In this document: positions 26,252-38,900 of the stretch, in pieces
Numbering within the stretch: the first letter of the stretch is position 1
Layout of the letters: each line of letters begins with the position of its first letter
Source: a virus
Length of the DNA stretch: 64,000 bases
Virus record (IMG/VR): IMGVR_UViG_3300032245_000936
Coordinates: 32,001-96,000 of that record
Reading direction: 5' to 3' (one strand)
Notes under the pieces: model-generated
Told to the model about the DNA's origin: nothing
Databases searched by the model: none
Seen by the model: only the letters and a program-made list of their open reading frames with translations
Program-made: the position numbers and the translations under genes

Positions 26252-28315
26252 TTATCGAATTGTAACAGCGGCTTCAACTAGTTCTTCGCCTGATGTTACT
26301 TTTTCTTGCAGAGTACGTCCAATTACATTAAATGCTGTGGCTTCACCGGGTTTGGCAGCACGGGCCACTCCATTTCCTGCACTTACCAAACGGCCATTGC
26401 GTTCTACTGGGCCAACCACACGCACAGGAACTCGTCCTGCTAGTGCAACTGGAAGACCATCTGAACCTGCATTCAGCACATGTCCTGGATTGGTAGAAAT
26501 TACGCCAAACACATTTTCACTTGCATCGTCGTTCTCTTGAGTAATTTCAGCTGAGCCGCCAATTCTTACTAGTGTACCTGGTGCGTAGTCTATGTCACTT
26601 GCATAACGTTCTGCCAAGTCAGCGTATCTTGCTTGAATTGACACACCGTAGATGTTGTTCCACCATGCGCCTGAGCTACCTAGGTTAACTGCGGCATTAC
26701 CAGCTGGCAATGGAGCAGAAACAAATGTTGCTGTACCGCCAACTGTCAATGTGGTTAACTGTGCTCCACTGGCATAAATTACACCAAAACGACTTGTGGA
26801 TTGACCAATGTCGCCTGACAGGTTAGCACCAAAGTGTGGAAGGCTAGTAACAGTCACCGCACCAGAGTAGATGTTGGCAAAAGTACGCAATGGAGTTCCA
26901 AGTTCGTACTGGTTATCTGTAGATGGCTTGAGCGTACCTGTTAGGTCCAATGAGCCATCTCTGTTTAACTTGTTTGCAGTATGGTTACTGACTTCACCTT
27001 GTAGAGCATATACGTTAGAGAACATACTGCCAGCTGGACCTGGTACTGCACCAGCACCTGGTTGTCCAAGGTTACTTAGTACGTTGGCATGAATTGCAGA
27101 AACGTTTGCCCATAAAGTCAAAAGGTTTCCTGCAAATGTATCGTTGGTTGTGAAACGTGCGTATGCGTTTGCGGTATATCCGCCTTGAGCAATCGCTAAC
27201 AACGTTGGGTTATTAAAGCCCAACTGTGATTGTAACAAACGAACGTTACCATACATGGCTGTGTATGAACCAGTTGTGGTCAATACGTTAGCAACAATAG
27301 TACCAATACTGGTATTCAATGTGTTAACGTTTGATGCCAAGTAGGTTTGTAATGTGCTTGCTAGGTTGTCAACATAGTTCTTGGTTGCAACACCTAGACC
27401 AGTTTGTGGGTCGGCCAACACTGTGATCAAACCAGATGATTTGTCAACTGTTAATACGTTAACTGTGGCACCAGCCGCGTTGTCAGGTTTGGATTGAATT
27501 ACTAAACCGTTACCACGTACACGACTGAATAGGTTAACGTTTTGACCAGCGACTGTGATTGTGAAGTCTGTCACTGTACCGCCAAGTTCTTGAATGGCCA
27601 AACCGTCTGGTGTTTGAATAACCAATTGGTTATTCAAAACTGCATTGGTCTTGGTTAAGAACTGGTTAGCTGGGACTCCGCCTAGATAAGCAGAGTTGTT
27701 GGCATTTTCATAATACAACAACGATGGAACGTTGTCAGAATTTAGGTTAAAGCCCGGCTTAACAGTTGCAAAGCCTGGCAATGTTGTTTGTGGTGTAAAT
27801 GCAGAGTCTTTTGACAAGATAGCAACCAAACGGTTCTGCACATAGAACTTGACAACCACGTGCGGAAATAGTGTGGTATCAATGATTGTGTCAGCAACCG
27901 CACCAGATGTACCAGTGGTTGTGGTAAAGCTAGGGCCAATAATAACCCAGGCTGCACCAGAGTATACTTTTAACTGCTGATTAACTGAGTCAAACCACAA
28001 GTCACCAGCAACTGCATTGGTTGGTTGATCTGCTAGACTCTGGGCACCAGAAATTGACTTCCACGTACCATATGTGTCGTAGACTTGTAACACTCGTGTG
28101 TCTGATTTCCACCATAATTGTCCTACTAGCGGATATAATGGTGCGCTTCTGTTAGAGAAGTTTTCTAGCAGTTTTACAAAATTCTCGTTCAGGAACGTGC
28201 CATAACCAGCATAGTTCTTTCCGATCAGTGTTAGACTGGTAGTGATGTTATTGGTCTGACCGTCTGCGACCACTGTCAACGGCGTTCCGTCTGATTTTAC
28301 TATGTTATAGCTCAT
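26252..28315 (-). CDS. tail fibre/baseplate-attached structural protein
   Basis: N-terminus shared with 28355..31126 (LTLiGkNYaGYG.F.NeNFVkLlENF..PLVGQLW); ATKNYVD; C-terminal YADLAE...GVIST.P...vALaGRVPV.V domain. Confidence 0.8.
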   Translation of the reverse strand: MSYNIVKSDGTPLTVVADGQTNNITTSLTLIGKNYAGYGTFLNENFVKLLENFSNRSAPLYPLVGQLWWKSDTRVLQVYDTYGTWKSISGAQSLADQPTNAVAGDLWFDSVNQQLKVYSGAAWVIIGPSFTTTTGTSGAVADTIIDTTLFPHVVVKFYVQNRLVAILSKDSAFTPQTTLPGFATVKPGFNLNSDNVPSLLYYENANNSAYLGGVPANQFLTKTNAVLNNQLVIQTPDGLAIQELGGTVTDFTITVAGQNVNLFSRVRGNGLVIQSKPDNAAGATVNVLTVDKSSGLITVLADPQTGLGVATKNYVDNLASTLQTYLASNVNTLNTSIGTIVANVLTTTGSYTAMYGNVRLLQSQLGFNNPTLLAIAQGGYTANAYARFTTNDTFAGNLLTLWANVSAIHANVLSNLGQPGAGAVPGPAGSMFSNVYALQGEVSNHTANKLNRDGSLDLTGTLKPSTDNQYELGTPLRTFANIYSGAVTVTSLPHFGANLSGDIGQSTSRFGVIYASGAQLTTLTVGGTATFVSAPLPAGNAAVNLGSSGAWWNNIYGVSIQARYADLAERYASDIDYAPGTLVRIGGSAEITQENDDASENVFGVISTNPGHVLNAGSDGLPVALAGRVPVRVVGPVERNGRLVSAGNGVARAAKPGEATAFNVIGRTLQEKVTSGEELVEAAVTIR

Positions 28316-28339
28316 GTGCCTTAAACTCCAAGTTAAAGT

Positions 28340-28345
28340 TATTTA
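28340..28345 (-). promoter_or_regulatory. late-promoter-like TAAATA
   Basis: Upstream of 28315, followed by a GGAG SD. Confidence 0.55.
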
Positions 28346-28354
28346 TTTTCATAA

Positions 28355-31126
28355 TTACGGTAGGTATTGGAACCATATATCGTTGTCTGCTCCGTCGCCA
28401 GATCCAGGTGCGGCTGTAGAAATGTATTTTCTGCTACCACTCCAATATGGCACGCTTGCATAGGTTGTTGCCCAGGTTTGTACCCATCCAGTACTAGCTG
28501 CCTTAGCAGTGTTATCAGTAGCAGGCGCGGTATTACCCAGTGTCACTATCCCTGTAAATGTTGGATTGTTAATTGGTGATTTTGTGTTAGCAACAGTCAT
28601 AACAAATGCTGTGCTGGCAATCTGCAGGTTTGCTGTGCCTGCAGGCGCTGTTGGGACTGCAGGAACTCCACTAAATGCTGGACTTGCAATTGGTGCGGCG
28701 CCAGTGATATCTCCAACAACCAGAGCTACATTGCCTATTTTGCCTGCTACACTCAGTACAGGTGATGATGTTTTAACAAACTGTGTTGTGGCAATCATTG
28801 AGTTAGATGTTGTACTTGGTGCTGTGGGTGCCTCTGGTACACCAGTTAAAGTTGGACTTGCCAAGTTAGCCTTGATGCTCATCAAATTGTCGGTAACCGA
28901 CAGCATCAATACATTTGCCGCTGTTACTTTATTGTGAACATACTGGGTCGTGGCAATCATTGTACTAACATTACTGTCAGTTGGTGTCACTGATTGCGGA
29001 ACGCCAGTTAGTACAGGGCTTGCAAGCGGAGCTTTTAGTGCTAACTGTTGATCTGTATAGTCTCTGAGAGTTGTTACTAGGTTACCAACAAACCAAGTAT
29101 GTGCAATTTGCAGAGTGCGTGTTGCGTCACCGCTGGCTGGACTTGGTACTGTTGGAATACCAGTGAACTCTGGGCTGGCAATGTTGGCTCTTAATAAGAT
29201 CTGAGCATCTTGTGTTAGTGCATTGGCAGTGAATTTGTTGTCTAGATCATCTAGTCCGGTTGTAACAAACTCTGTTGTTGCCAATAGTGTTGAGCTGTCG
29301 CCTTGATTTGCAGTTGGTGCTCTTGGGAATCCAGTAAATGTTGGATCAGCAATGTACGCTTTGAGATCAACATCTACTCGCAGAGCATCGGCAGTGGCAA
29401 TAATTGTATTGGCCAATGCACTTATGTTGCTAAAACTTCGTCTGTTAACAGGTGCGCTTGGACCAATCAGTGTGTTTACATTGTTTTCAAGATTAAGTGT
29501 TACCGCTGCGTTTGCTTGGTCAACATAATTTTTAGTAGCAACGCCCAATGATGATGTTGGATCCATACGAACTTCAACATTACCGTAGCCGCCATTGATG
29601 TATAAACTGCGTACACGATTTCCAGCAAGTGTAAAAGTCTCGCCTAGTCCAATGTTAGCAGGACTGCTTAAAAGAATTTGACTATTGCCGCTGAATATAT
29701 CTGCTACAACAATTCTATCTTGTGCGCTGACATTTCCGCTAACAATAATATCGCCAACGAATACATTACCTGTACTCTGCACTGAGATCAAATTTGATAA
29801 CACTGCCCCAATAGAAGCTGTGGCACTACGAGGTGTTGTTGTGGCAACACTGGTATAGACGCTGATATCGTGCCCGAAGCCATTGCTATCAATTTGAATA
29901 TCGCCACCAGCTGGCGGTGCTTTGATGCTAAAGTTGTTGTCTGCACCAACATACAAGTTGCCAGTGGCCAGACTTACATCTCCTAAGAATGTTTCATCTC
30001 TGTCTCGACGTGCATAGTTGTCAGGAGTAACATTGTTTAATTTTAGTGCATTTGACACTGTGCCATTGAACATGTAATCTTTGTCGACGCCACCTTGTAA
30101 TTCTACCAGCTCGCCTGTTGCAACTGCTGTAGTTGTGTTAATAGTTACAGTTGAATTTGCTGAATCAATTGACCCAACTGTGATTCCTGATGAAAACGCT
30201 ACATTGCCACTGATAAAATAATCGCCAATTCTTATATTTTCAGTGCTGGATAGTTGTATTGTGGTCTCACCTGATGAACCTTGTGCTGTTGCTGTAACTG
30301 TTTTGACCACTCTGCCTGCGGTAGTACTGTGTAATGTTATACCTGGGCCAATGATTCTGAATCCTTCGATTGCAGAAGCAACTGCTAGAGTAAATTCTGC
30401 GTCCTTGCTGGTAACGCCAAGTACCTTGCCGTTGGTATAAATTAAACCAATGGTATGAACAATTCCGTTTGTGTCTGTTACTGTGCGTGGAGATATGCTG
30501 GTATTGCGTTGTGATCGTGTCCAACTTGGTCCAACTATGTACCACCCGGATCCATTGACAAATGTAACTGTCTCACCGTATCCAATGGTATAAGGATTAG
30601 TAATGCGAACGGTTGTTCCACTGGTAATTTGCTCAACTACTGCAAAGTCAACAGGTCCAATATTAGCGTGTTGTACTATGTCACCTACTTGAATACCGGT
30701 TGTGGTGTTTACTGTTACCACATTGCCAGTGCTAGGCAATGTTGAAGTCAATACGTTTGTGGTTTGACCAGACCAAACTTTCATTTGATACTCAGTAGTG
30801 TCCCACCATAGGTCGCCTATACGAGCACCTGCTGTTGCTGGTGTGCTACCGGAACTGATTAAAAATGCCAGTGGTTTCCAGTTTGTGCCTTCCCATGCGC
30901 TTAGTAACTTGGTTGTGGTGTTCATCCACAGTTGGCCAACCAATGGTAAAATTGGTGCCGCGCTGTTGGCAAAATTTTCCATCAAGTGGACAAAGTTGTC
31001 GTTGATGAATACGCCGTAACCAGAATAATTTCTACCAACTAGCGTAATACCGTAATCAGTATTAAGCTGGGTATCTGGTACTGGAACCAGTGTGTCACCG
31101 TTTGTTTTAATTATTGTATATGACAT
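28355..31126 (-). CDS. tail fibre protein with six aSP.fTG.P..Pt.......iAtT.fV repeats
   Basis: Paralogous N-terminus, classic fibre repeats in the C-terminal third, terminal DIWFQY. Confidence 0.85.
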   Translation of the reverse strand: MSYTIIKTNGDTLVPVPDTQLNTDYGITLVGRNYSGYGVFINDNFVHLMENFANSAAPILPLVGQLWMNTTTKLLSAWEGTNWKPLAFLISSGSTPATAGARIGDLWWDTTEYQMKVWSGQTTNVLTSTLPSTGNVVTVNTTTGIQVGDIVQHANIGPVDFAVVEQITSGTTVRITNPYTIGYGETVTFVNGSGWYIVGPSWTRSQRNTSISPRTVTDTNGIVHTIGLIYTNGKVLGVTSKDAEFTLAVASAIEGFRIIGPGITLHSTTAGRVVKTVTATAQGSSGETTIQLSSTENIRIGDYFISGNVAFSSGITVGSIDSANSTVTINTTTAVATGELVELQGGVDKDYMFNGTVSNALKLNNVTPDNYARRDRDETFLGDVSLATGNLYVGADNNFSIKAPPAGGDIQIDSNGFGHDISVYTSVATTTPRSATASIGAVLSNLISVQSTGNVFVGDIIVSGNVSAQDRIVVADIFSGNSQILLSSPANIGLGETFTLAGNRVRSLYINGGYGNVEVRMDPTSSLGVATKNYVDQANAAVTLNLENNVNTLIGPSAPVNRRSFSNISALANTIIATADALRVDVDLKAYIADPTFTGFPRAPTANQGDSSTLLATTEFVTTGLDDLDNKFTANALTQDAQILLRANIASPEFTGIPTVPSPASGDATRTLQIAHTWFVGNLVTTLRDYTDQQLALKAPLASPVLTGVPQSVTPTDSNVSTMIATTQYVHNKVTAANVLMLSVTDNLMSIKANLASPTLTGVPEAPTAPSTTSNSMIATTQFVKTSSPVLSVAGKIGNVALVVGDITGAAPIASPAFSGVPAVPTAPAGTANLQIASTAFVMTVANTKSPINNPTFTGIVTLGNTAPATDNTAKAASTGWVQTWATTYASVPYWSGSRKYISTAAPGSGDGADNDIWFQYLP

Positions 31127-31132
31127 AATTTA

Positions 31133-31804
31133 TTATCCTATCGAGCTCAGGTTTGTCAAGGTTTGTATACGCACTGTGTAATCAACCTGTACCAGTCTGT
31201 TCAATGATTTTTGAACAGGGTGAAAGATCACGTGTGTTAGCAGTTTTCCGGCGCCAAGAACACCATCAGGTGATCTTGCCTTGATACCCAGTTCGTCGAA
31301 AGTAAATGCGTCATTTAATGTTGAGCTGTTGTCGAAAACACTTTGAGTAGCTGGCTCACCGTAGTCTAGCAGGCAGGTTATTTTGATATCAGTAAAAGCA
31401 TTTCCTGGTATGTGGCGTACCTCCATTTTATTATGGAAAGGATCAGGATTGTTTGCTGTGTCTGTATCGTCAATTACCTTGAAATATGTTGGGTTGTACA
31501 AATTAGCGTTTTGGCTGTTGGTATTAGGAATCAAATAAGTGATAACTCCAGTGGAATCCACTGCACTGCCCCCGTTGCCAAAGTGCATTTCGTACATGAA
31601 TAGCTGATCACGGTGGCTTAAACTGTAGGCCAATGCTTCACTCATGTTTTCGTAGTGAATTGCATTTGGCTTGTCTACGTACACTTCGCCAGATTCTGGA
31701 TCGTGAATTTTAATATGCCCGCGAACATACACTCCTCCCACGTCGTTTGGACGTTGTGACTGAGTTACGGGCTGTTCCTGTGGATTGTCTGTATTTTGAT
31801 TCAT
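31133..31804 (-). CDS. conserved virion structural protein (baseplate/tail associated)
   Basis: G.ikI.D....v.vdK.NAIH, m.FGNGG, FDElG, LLTHVIFHPVQKSLNR..YT.RI. ATG at 31804 lies 5 nt after TAAATA. Confidence 0.7.
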   Translation of the reverse strand: MNQNTDNPQEQPVTQSQRPNDVGGVYVRGHIKIHDPESGEVYVDKPNAIHYENMSEALAYSLSHRDQLFMYEMHFGNGGSAVDSTGVITYLIPNTNSQNANLYNPTYFKVIDDTDTANNPDPFHNKMEVRHIPGNAFTDIKITCLLDYGEPATQSVFDNSSTLNDAFTFDELGIKARSPDGVLGAGKLLTHVIFHPVQKSLNRLVQVDYTVRIQTLTNLSSIG

Positions 31805-31830
31805 ATCCTTATTTAGCATGTTGCATTATC

Positions 31831-32976
31831 CTAAGATGTAAGAGTACGTATACCCAGGCTGGTAATTAAGTTTCCTGCTGTGATATTGCCTGAAATTGTG
31901 GCGCTGGGTGTATCGCAAAAACTTCTGGTAAGCCCGGTTAGAGTACTATTTGACTCCCAGGCTTTTTCGTATAAAATAACTTCTTCTCTAACCCTAACAG
32001 ACCCTTTGATATCATAGGGCGTAAAGTGCAGAACTGCTCCCGACGTTATTGTTAAATTACTGCGTATTGGGTTCAAGCGAATTGTATTGTTATTGGTAAA
32101 AATCCTATCAACAATGGTGTTGCTACTGGTCGGAATAACATCTGTGTCTGCTCTAGCACCAATTGTAATGCCCAACACTGTGGTCACTGGCACAATCAAT
32201 ACATTAGATACCAGCAGATTTGCTGTGACCGTGGCATTTGCGTAAACTTCGCTGGGAGAAGGAAACAATGCAATATTGCTCACAGTGATTTCTGCATTTG
32301 CTCCTGCTATTAAATTTGCTGTGATTGTGTCGTGTTTGGGCAATCTTGGATCAAGCCCAATGTCGTATGCCAGACTCTCGCGCAAAAATTGCGCTGGTTT
32401 GCTGGCTGCGGCCCAAAGGCCGTTGCCTTGAACTAGTGTTTGAAACTGCAAAGTATCACCAATGGTGAGTGCAGGAATATTGCCTGATACAGTAATTGGG
32501 GTTGTATAAGTTTGCGCCCAGGCCACTACATTTGACGACCCTTCTACAATACTAGAATCTCTAATTACCACATTGCCGCCTGTGTAATATCCTGATCCAC
32601 CAGATGTTACTGCCACTGCACGTACCTGCGATGATGATACAAAAACTTGTCCAAATGTAGCAGGCACTTGTGCATTACCCGATTCGTCACGCACTGAAAT
32701 AGTCAAAATATTTTGTATACTGTTAACCTGTGTGAACGAACCAATTATAGCAACGTTGCTATTTGCGTAAGAATAAATTGGTTTAACAGGATTAACTCCA
32801 GACACCTTGGCTGCTGTGCCTCGGGTACCACCTCTAGTAGTGTCCAAAATCAAGTGTCCACTTTCAACAAGTGATTGGTCTTGTATCCATAACACCGACG
32901 AGAACACGGTGTTTTCGGCACTACCATATGAAGTAGTTGAAGCAAAATTAAGTAAGGTTGTGTTGGCTACAATCAT
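31831..32976 (-). CDS. putative structural protein (beta-rich)
   Basis: T/S/V/N-rich with a GGSGY motif and an E.I.Y..Ltgl.R motif, both also in the giant protein; located in the structural operon. Confidence 0.65.
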   Translation of the reverse strand: MIVANTTLLNFASTTSYGSAENTVFSSVLWIQDQSLVESGHLILDTTRGGTRGTAAKVSGVNPVKPIYSYANSNVAIIGSFTQVNSIQNILTISVRDESGNAQVPATFGQVFVSSSQVRAVAVTSGGSGYYTGGNVVIRDSSIVEGSSNVVAWAQTYTTPITVSGNIPALTIGDTLQFQTLVQGNGLWAAASKPAQFLRESLAYDIGLDPRLPKHDTITANLIAGANAEITVSNIALFPSPSEVYANATVTANLLVSNVLIVPVTTVLGITIGARADTDVIPTSSNTIVDRIFTNNNTIRLNPIRSNLTITSGAVLHFTPYDIKGSVRVREEVILYEKAWESNSTLTGLTRSFCDTPSATISGNITAGNLITSLGIRTLTS

Positions 32977-32977
32977 G

Positions 32978-35900
32978 TTATTGTCCTAAGTCCAGCCATA
33001 TACTACCCTGTGGTACATGTGTGGTTGTTGCTACTCGATACACAGCAGTATTTTGGATGCTTGCATTACCAATATTGTTGTACACAGAGTAATCATTTGA
33101 GATTGTGAGTACTGTATCAGTTTCAAACTGTTGTACTGGGCTTGCATCAGTAATTATGCTTCCGGCCACATGCACCAAAGGAATACTTGTTCGTTGTGCT
33201 CCACGACGTATGTCTGTTAGCACCCCACGGTTAAGGTCAATTCCAAAATAGTTAATCTTTTCGCCATTGACCCAAATACTGCCTGGCTGATTGATAGCTG
33301 CCGCTGGTGCTGGCAATCTAGCAATGTCAGCTACTGAAATCTCAGTGTCTTCATAGGATAGGTTGGCAGTCAACACTGTGGTATTTGCATCTGGCAATCT
33401 GTAATAGACCGTTGACAGTTTATAATCAGTGAAGATCTTGAAGGCTGTTACATTACCATAGTCAATGTTGCCATTGGTTACATTTGCAGTAAACACATTC
33501 ATTTGTAAACTGTCAATCACCTGACCAGGTACCAGCTCTTCAGGAGCATGACTACTATACTTGTCAATAAATTTACCGCCGTCAACAATGATATCTTCAG
33601 GACGAATACCTAATAGGTTATCAGTGTATTCACTGCTGATAATAGTATCTAAACTCAATGGATCAGTATTGGTTTGTAAAAACTCCTGCCCTTTTACCAA
33701 GCCGCCTGGATAACTTGCACCCGGAATCTTATCAGGAATATCTCTATACAAATGATCTAGTACGCCAGCAATGTTGTATTGGGCAGTACTCACAATTTTT
33801 GTTCCAGACTGTATACCAAACACAGTGTCAGGGGACAACACATAATCAATTTTTAGACCGTCTGTGGTCTCAAATATCAATGTGGTTGTGTTATTACGCA
33901 CATCCTGTGTTGTTGTTTTTTGTATTTTTGTACCTGTTGCATCAAAGAATGTCAATGATGTTCCGGCCGGAATAGCAACACTGGTGTCAGTTGACGGTTT
34001 ATTTGGCAGAGACAACGGCTTGTTCAACTGCAATGTTGTTTTGTTTACAACAATTGATTCGTAGTTGATGTTGTTGTCGCGTCCAGATCCACGTGCAAAC
34101 TTCCAGGTGAACTTGGCAAAACGTCCAATTCCGTTAACCGTTGCAGCAAGAGGAATACCAGTTCCGCTGATAGACCAGTTAGCAGTTACCTTTTCGTATC
34201 CATTTACATATACCACTGAGTCGCCTTTAGCGGCTGTGCGACTCACTGTTAGAGTTTTGGTTGTTGCTGTGTCAATGTCTGTAAATGTCAATACTGTGCC
34301 TACTGGAATTTCTGCAGTAAACAAATACTCTGCAATAAAAGATCCTAGCACTGTGGTTGTAATATTTGCAGAAGCAAAACTAATTGTGATGTTCCAACTG
34401 CCAGCAATTAACTCAACGTTTGTAATAATGGAATCAGTTGGTAACCCAGCACCGTTGAGAGTCATACCTCTAATAGGTGCGCCAATTACATCAGTTACTG
34501 GTATAGAAATTATCAGCGAAGTTAATCCAGTACCACCGGTCCAGTGTGCAGATGAATTTCTAGTGTACGCATACCTATTAGGATTTATATTGCCTAGCTC
34601 AATGTATACTTCGTCATTGTATCCTGGGTAGCCCCAGATCACAGTAGATTTATTACCTACTACAATAAACTTTTCGCCGTCCCAGCTAATGTCAGTGAAA
34701 TCGTACTTGCGTACATTTTCTGCGCTCAGCGGAAGAACAAAGTTATCAGAATCAAATTCACGGAAGTTTTTAAACACATTGATACCGTAGTTCATCACAA
34801 CCTTACCAATGGTATCTGCACCTGTGTCTGCATTGCCTAGTTGAACCTGTAGCGGACTATCTAGTTTGTTCCAGATCAAAGTGCCACCGGATCCAATTGC
34901 AATAATCCACTGTCCTACATCATCACTGATCGCAATGGCATTGATTTGCTCTCCACTATAACCATCGCTGTCGCCAGCAACAGACTTAGGCACATTCATT
35001 GGAATCCATGGGTAGTTAAAATCAGTGCCTTTGCCGCTATCATAGTTATAGCTTAGTTTGTATCCTTGTTGTAGATCATCAAGTCTGTTATAACTGGTGA
35101 TGTACATGTTTCCATTTATGCCGCCAATTACCACAAAACCAACTTGCATTGGTTTCCCAAACCCATTTAGTGTAAAACTACCAGAACCTTCAAGATTTGC
35201 GTTATAGTATGCAAAATGTACCATTTGTGCCGGACGTGTTGTACCCACTGTGCCAGCTGCCGCAATCGCAGTATTTTCCGTAAAGCCCAACTGTATCACA
35301 GTGGTGCCTGGTGTTGTTGAACTATCAACGTTGATCACGCCGTGATTTGTTGGCACGTACGGACTGATCATTGTCATACCAAATTCAATAGTACCAGAAA
35401 TATCCGCAGTTGGAATTCTTACAATCAACGTGCTACCAGTCACTGCTGCCCAGGTTGCTGATGCGCGAAGTGTTTTAGCGCGAATAAACAAAGACAAATC
35501 GCCAAAACTTCTAGAGTCCACTGCTAAGAAATTAGCCGGAGTATTGTATACCTTAGGCTGTGCTTTGGCTGCGTACCAAGTGTTTTCAAACGGCGCACTG
35601 GCATTAGTATCTGTTGGGTTCAACAGAATAGTATCACTGTTACCCACAGTTAAAATATAACTGCCTTGTGTGCTAGTAAATGCTGTGACGCCAGTTAAGT
35701 CAACTGCTTGTGCGGCTTCGTTCAGTACCAAACCATTCACAGCATCTAGCGAAGGACTGTATCTAAATGTTATAATTTGATCAATGTTCCAATTAACAGC
35801 ATCCAAGCTGGTTAGAACATATCCACGGTTACCAATAGCCACCCATGTTGTGCCGTTATAATACACCACGTCTCGCAAGTTCACTGCTTGATCATTCAAT

Positions 35901-38900
35901 GGCACGTTGGTCCAGTTAACACCGTCTTGACTGTAGCTTAATAGTCCTCGCTGACCAACTGATATGTATTGGTATTCGTTTGCGGCAGGAATGACTCCAG
36001 AGAATGCTGTTCTTGCCCACTGGTTACCTGTAGAACTTGCATCGTTGTTATTTGATGCAGGTGTTAGACGCACAGTATCAGGTGAGTTAAACAGTACCGC
36101 AACATCGGGTGTTCCTGGTTTATGGAACGCGGCCAGTCTGTCTACTGCGTTGTCAACATCCGAGCCTGACAGTTTTTGCACAACTGCATCATTTTGGAAA
36201 ATGTTCAAATCCAAAGTAACAGTGCCAAGAATTGTCTTTAACACTCTATAAGGTGTACTAAAGGACGGAACTGCCTGGTCAGGCAAATTGTAAAATACCG
36301 ATGTCTTAACGTCTGGAACCACAACAATGTCGCCCACGTGATAGGTTGTGTAGGGCTTCCATGTGCGAACACTGGACGAGTATGTTATTCTATCAAAATT
36401 CAATATTGTGGTAATTGTACGCACAGTTTTGCTAGAATTATCAACGGTAGTGTTACCAGTCAATGACACCAACTCTGCATAGGCTTTAGCACCAGACCCA
36501 CCGCCGCCAACAAATGTAATTGTTGGAGCACTGGTAAAATACTGACCTGGCGAAGTAATTGTTACAGAAACAACTTTTCCATCAGTATCTAGTACCGCTC
36601 GTGCGCTGGCACTAACACCACCGCCACCAGATATTCTAACCAATGGGCGTTGCTTGTAGCCTGATCCTGAATCAGTTACTACGATGCGCTGAATTGAATA
36701 ACGGTAGTTCTGGTACCAGTTCTTCCACACACCGGCATTGACAATCGCTAAATCTGTGGCTTTTGTTGGGTTCAATGATCTTGTTGTTCCTCGTACAGGA
36801 TCGTAGTAAGCAGGAAAATCAAAGTCAGCAATAGCGTTATAACTTTCATCAAGCCCTTCGTAGTCAAGTAGATAGTCTCTGAGTTGAGTTCTATATGGTT
36901 TGACTTCGTTGATATAGCTTTGATAGTAGTCTTGTTGATCCTTGATATAACTAGCAAATTGTTCGAGTTTACGAATCTTTTGTACCACAGTAATAAAGCT
37001 GGTCTTGAACAACCAATCGGCATTTTGTTGCTCACTGAGAATATAGTTTACTAGTGCAAAGAATACTTTGTTTAATTGCACACGGTTGTCACCAATGAAG
37101 ATGTAATTAAAAATACCATTGATAATATTTCTAGCTTCAATGGCCAAGCTCTTGGAGAATCCGGTAGTATCAAAACCTGGATTGTCAAAGCCCACTAAGC
37201 TCTTGGTGTTGTCATACAAGCTGGAATTCAGTTGTATAGTTCCGTTTTCTGCGCCAACCAATGTTGGAGTGATTATTCCGGCTGAGTCTACTGCCAACTG
37301 ATATAATTCAAAATTACCACCAAAGTTTGTTACTTTTAGGATATCGCCATCGACAACTTTTTCTTTTAGTGTTTCTATATCGTTGTAACTATTGATAATA
37401 TGATTAACTTGAATATTATCATTAAATGTGTCATTGATATACCAGTTTGCATAATTCCAATAGCGTGTGCTATCGTAGGACTGAATACGTTCTAGTGTAA
37501 ATGTTTTGTCTTTTGCTGTGTAAAAATAGATGGTCCAGAAACCACTATAGTCTGCGTCGGTTTCCACTAGCACACGGAATCCATCAAACAGGTCAGCTGG
37601 AGTAAAGTATGCCAACGCATCTTTAGTAGTTACTCTACTATCGTAGAATCCTAGGTTTTCCTGAGGAATTGCCTCAGCTAATTTTAGCTGTGTTAGATCG
37701 TACTCTTTGGCTATTAGATACTGCTTGAAGAATTTGTTTACAAACTGTACCAACACGCGAGTGCCAGCGGCCTGATCTTTAAGCATACTCTGACGAGGAC
37801 GAAGAGAAATACCCAGTCTGTCAACTTCTCGAAGTTTTAGATCGGGTACCACGTCACCAGTTAGGTTCTCACCTGCTAGGCTATCAATCAACTTGTTGAT
37901 TAGTTTTGTTGGAATAGCACTTAAAGGATTTCCTTGCTGTACCAGTTCATACTCACTGTGTGCAATGTTGTTATTCAACACCTGAGCATACTCAATACGT
38001 AGTATCGAGTCTTTGCCCGAGATAAACGGCTTGCTGTTGTATACCGCAAAAGTATTGGTACTCAATGCCGCAATATATGGCAATTCTTGTTTGATTGGAT
38101 TCTGAATAATATCCGAAATAGCAGAAATGCTATTGATACGTTTTGTCTTGGCGGTGTCTACAGATACTTTATCCGTTACCCAGTAATAGTATTTGGTCTT
38201 GACCAATCCAGACTGAGTGTCAATGTAGGCTACTTCAACATAGGCAGAGTCGTTAGGATACTTAGGAACTCCGTCGCCGCCATTGGCCACATAATCGCTT
38301 GGTAGGTATTGACTTTCGACCCACTCTAGGATTTCAATGGTACTACCTGGGAACAATCCGCCCCATTGGCTAATACGATAGGTAAGCTCACCCTGTTCGT
38401 AAGTTATGTAGCGGCAAGCGTCTAGGTTCCACCAAACTCTTCCAATCTGTACATCATTCCAATAACTAGTAGCATCAATGTTTACTGTGGTATCTGTGCC
38501 TTTGTTATAAAATGCTGGGTCATAGCTGGTCTTGTAATCAATGTCTTGATCTGCAATACCCAATATTTTTCCCTTGGCTGGATCATAATAGTCAAACGTA
38601 CTCAGTGCTACTTGTGTCTTTTTATTGTATGCTGATACTTTGTTGATATAATCAATATCAACCAGTTCAGATCGTGAACGCAACTTGCTCCAGCCTTTCT
38701 TGGAAGTTGGGTTGATAAACAAGTGCATCAAACCTGCTTGAGTGCTGTAGTAACTGCTATTAAAAGCACCAACCATAATTCTACCATTGTTGATGTCAAC
38801 GGAGCTACCAAAATTATCGTTGAATTTAATTTTACTATTCTGTAGCACTTGGTTAAACAAGAACTTACCTGGATTTTGTAAAGTCTCTCCGGGCACAGGT

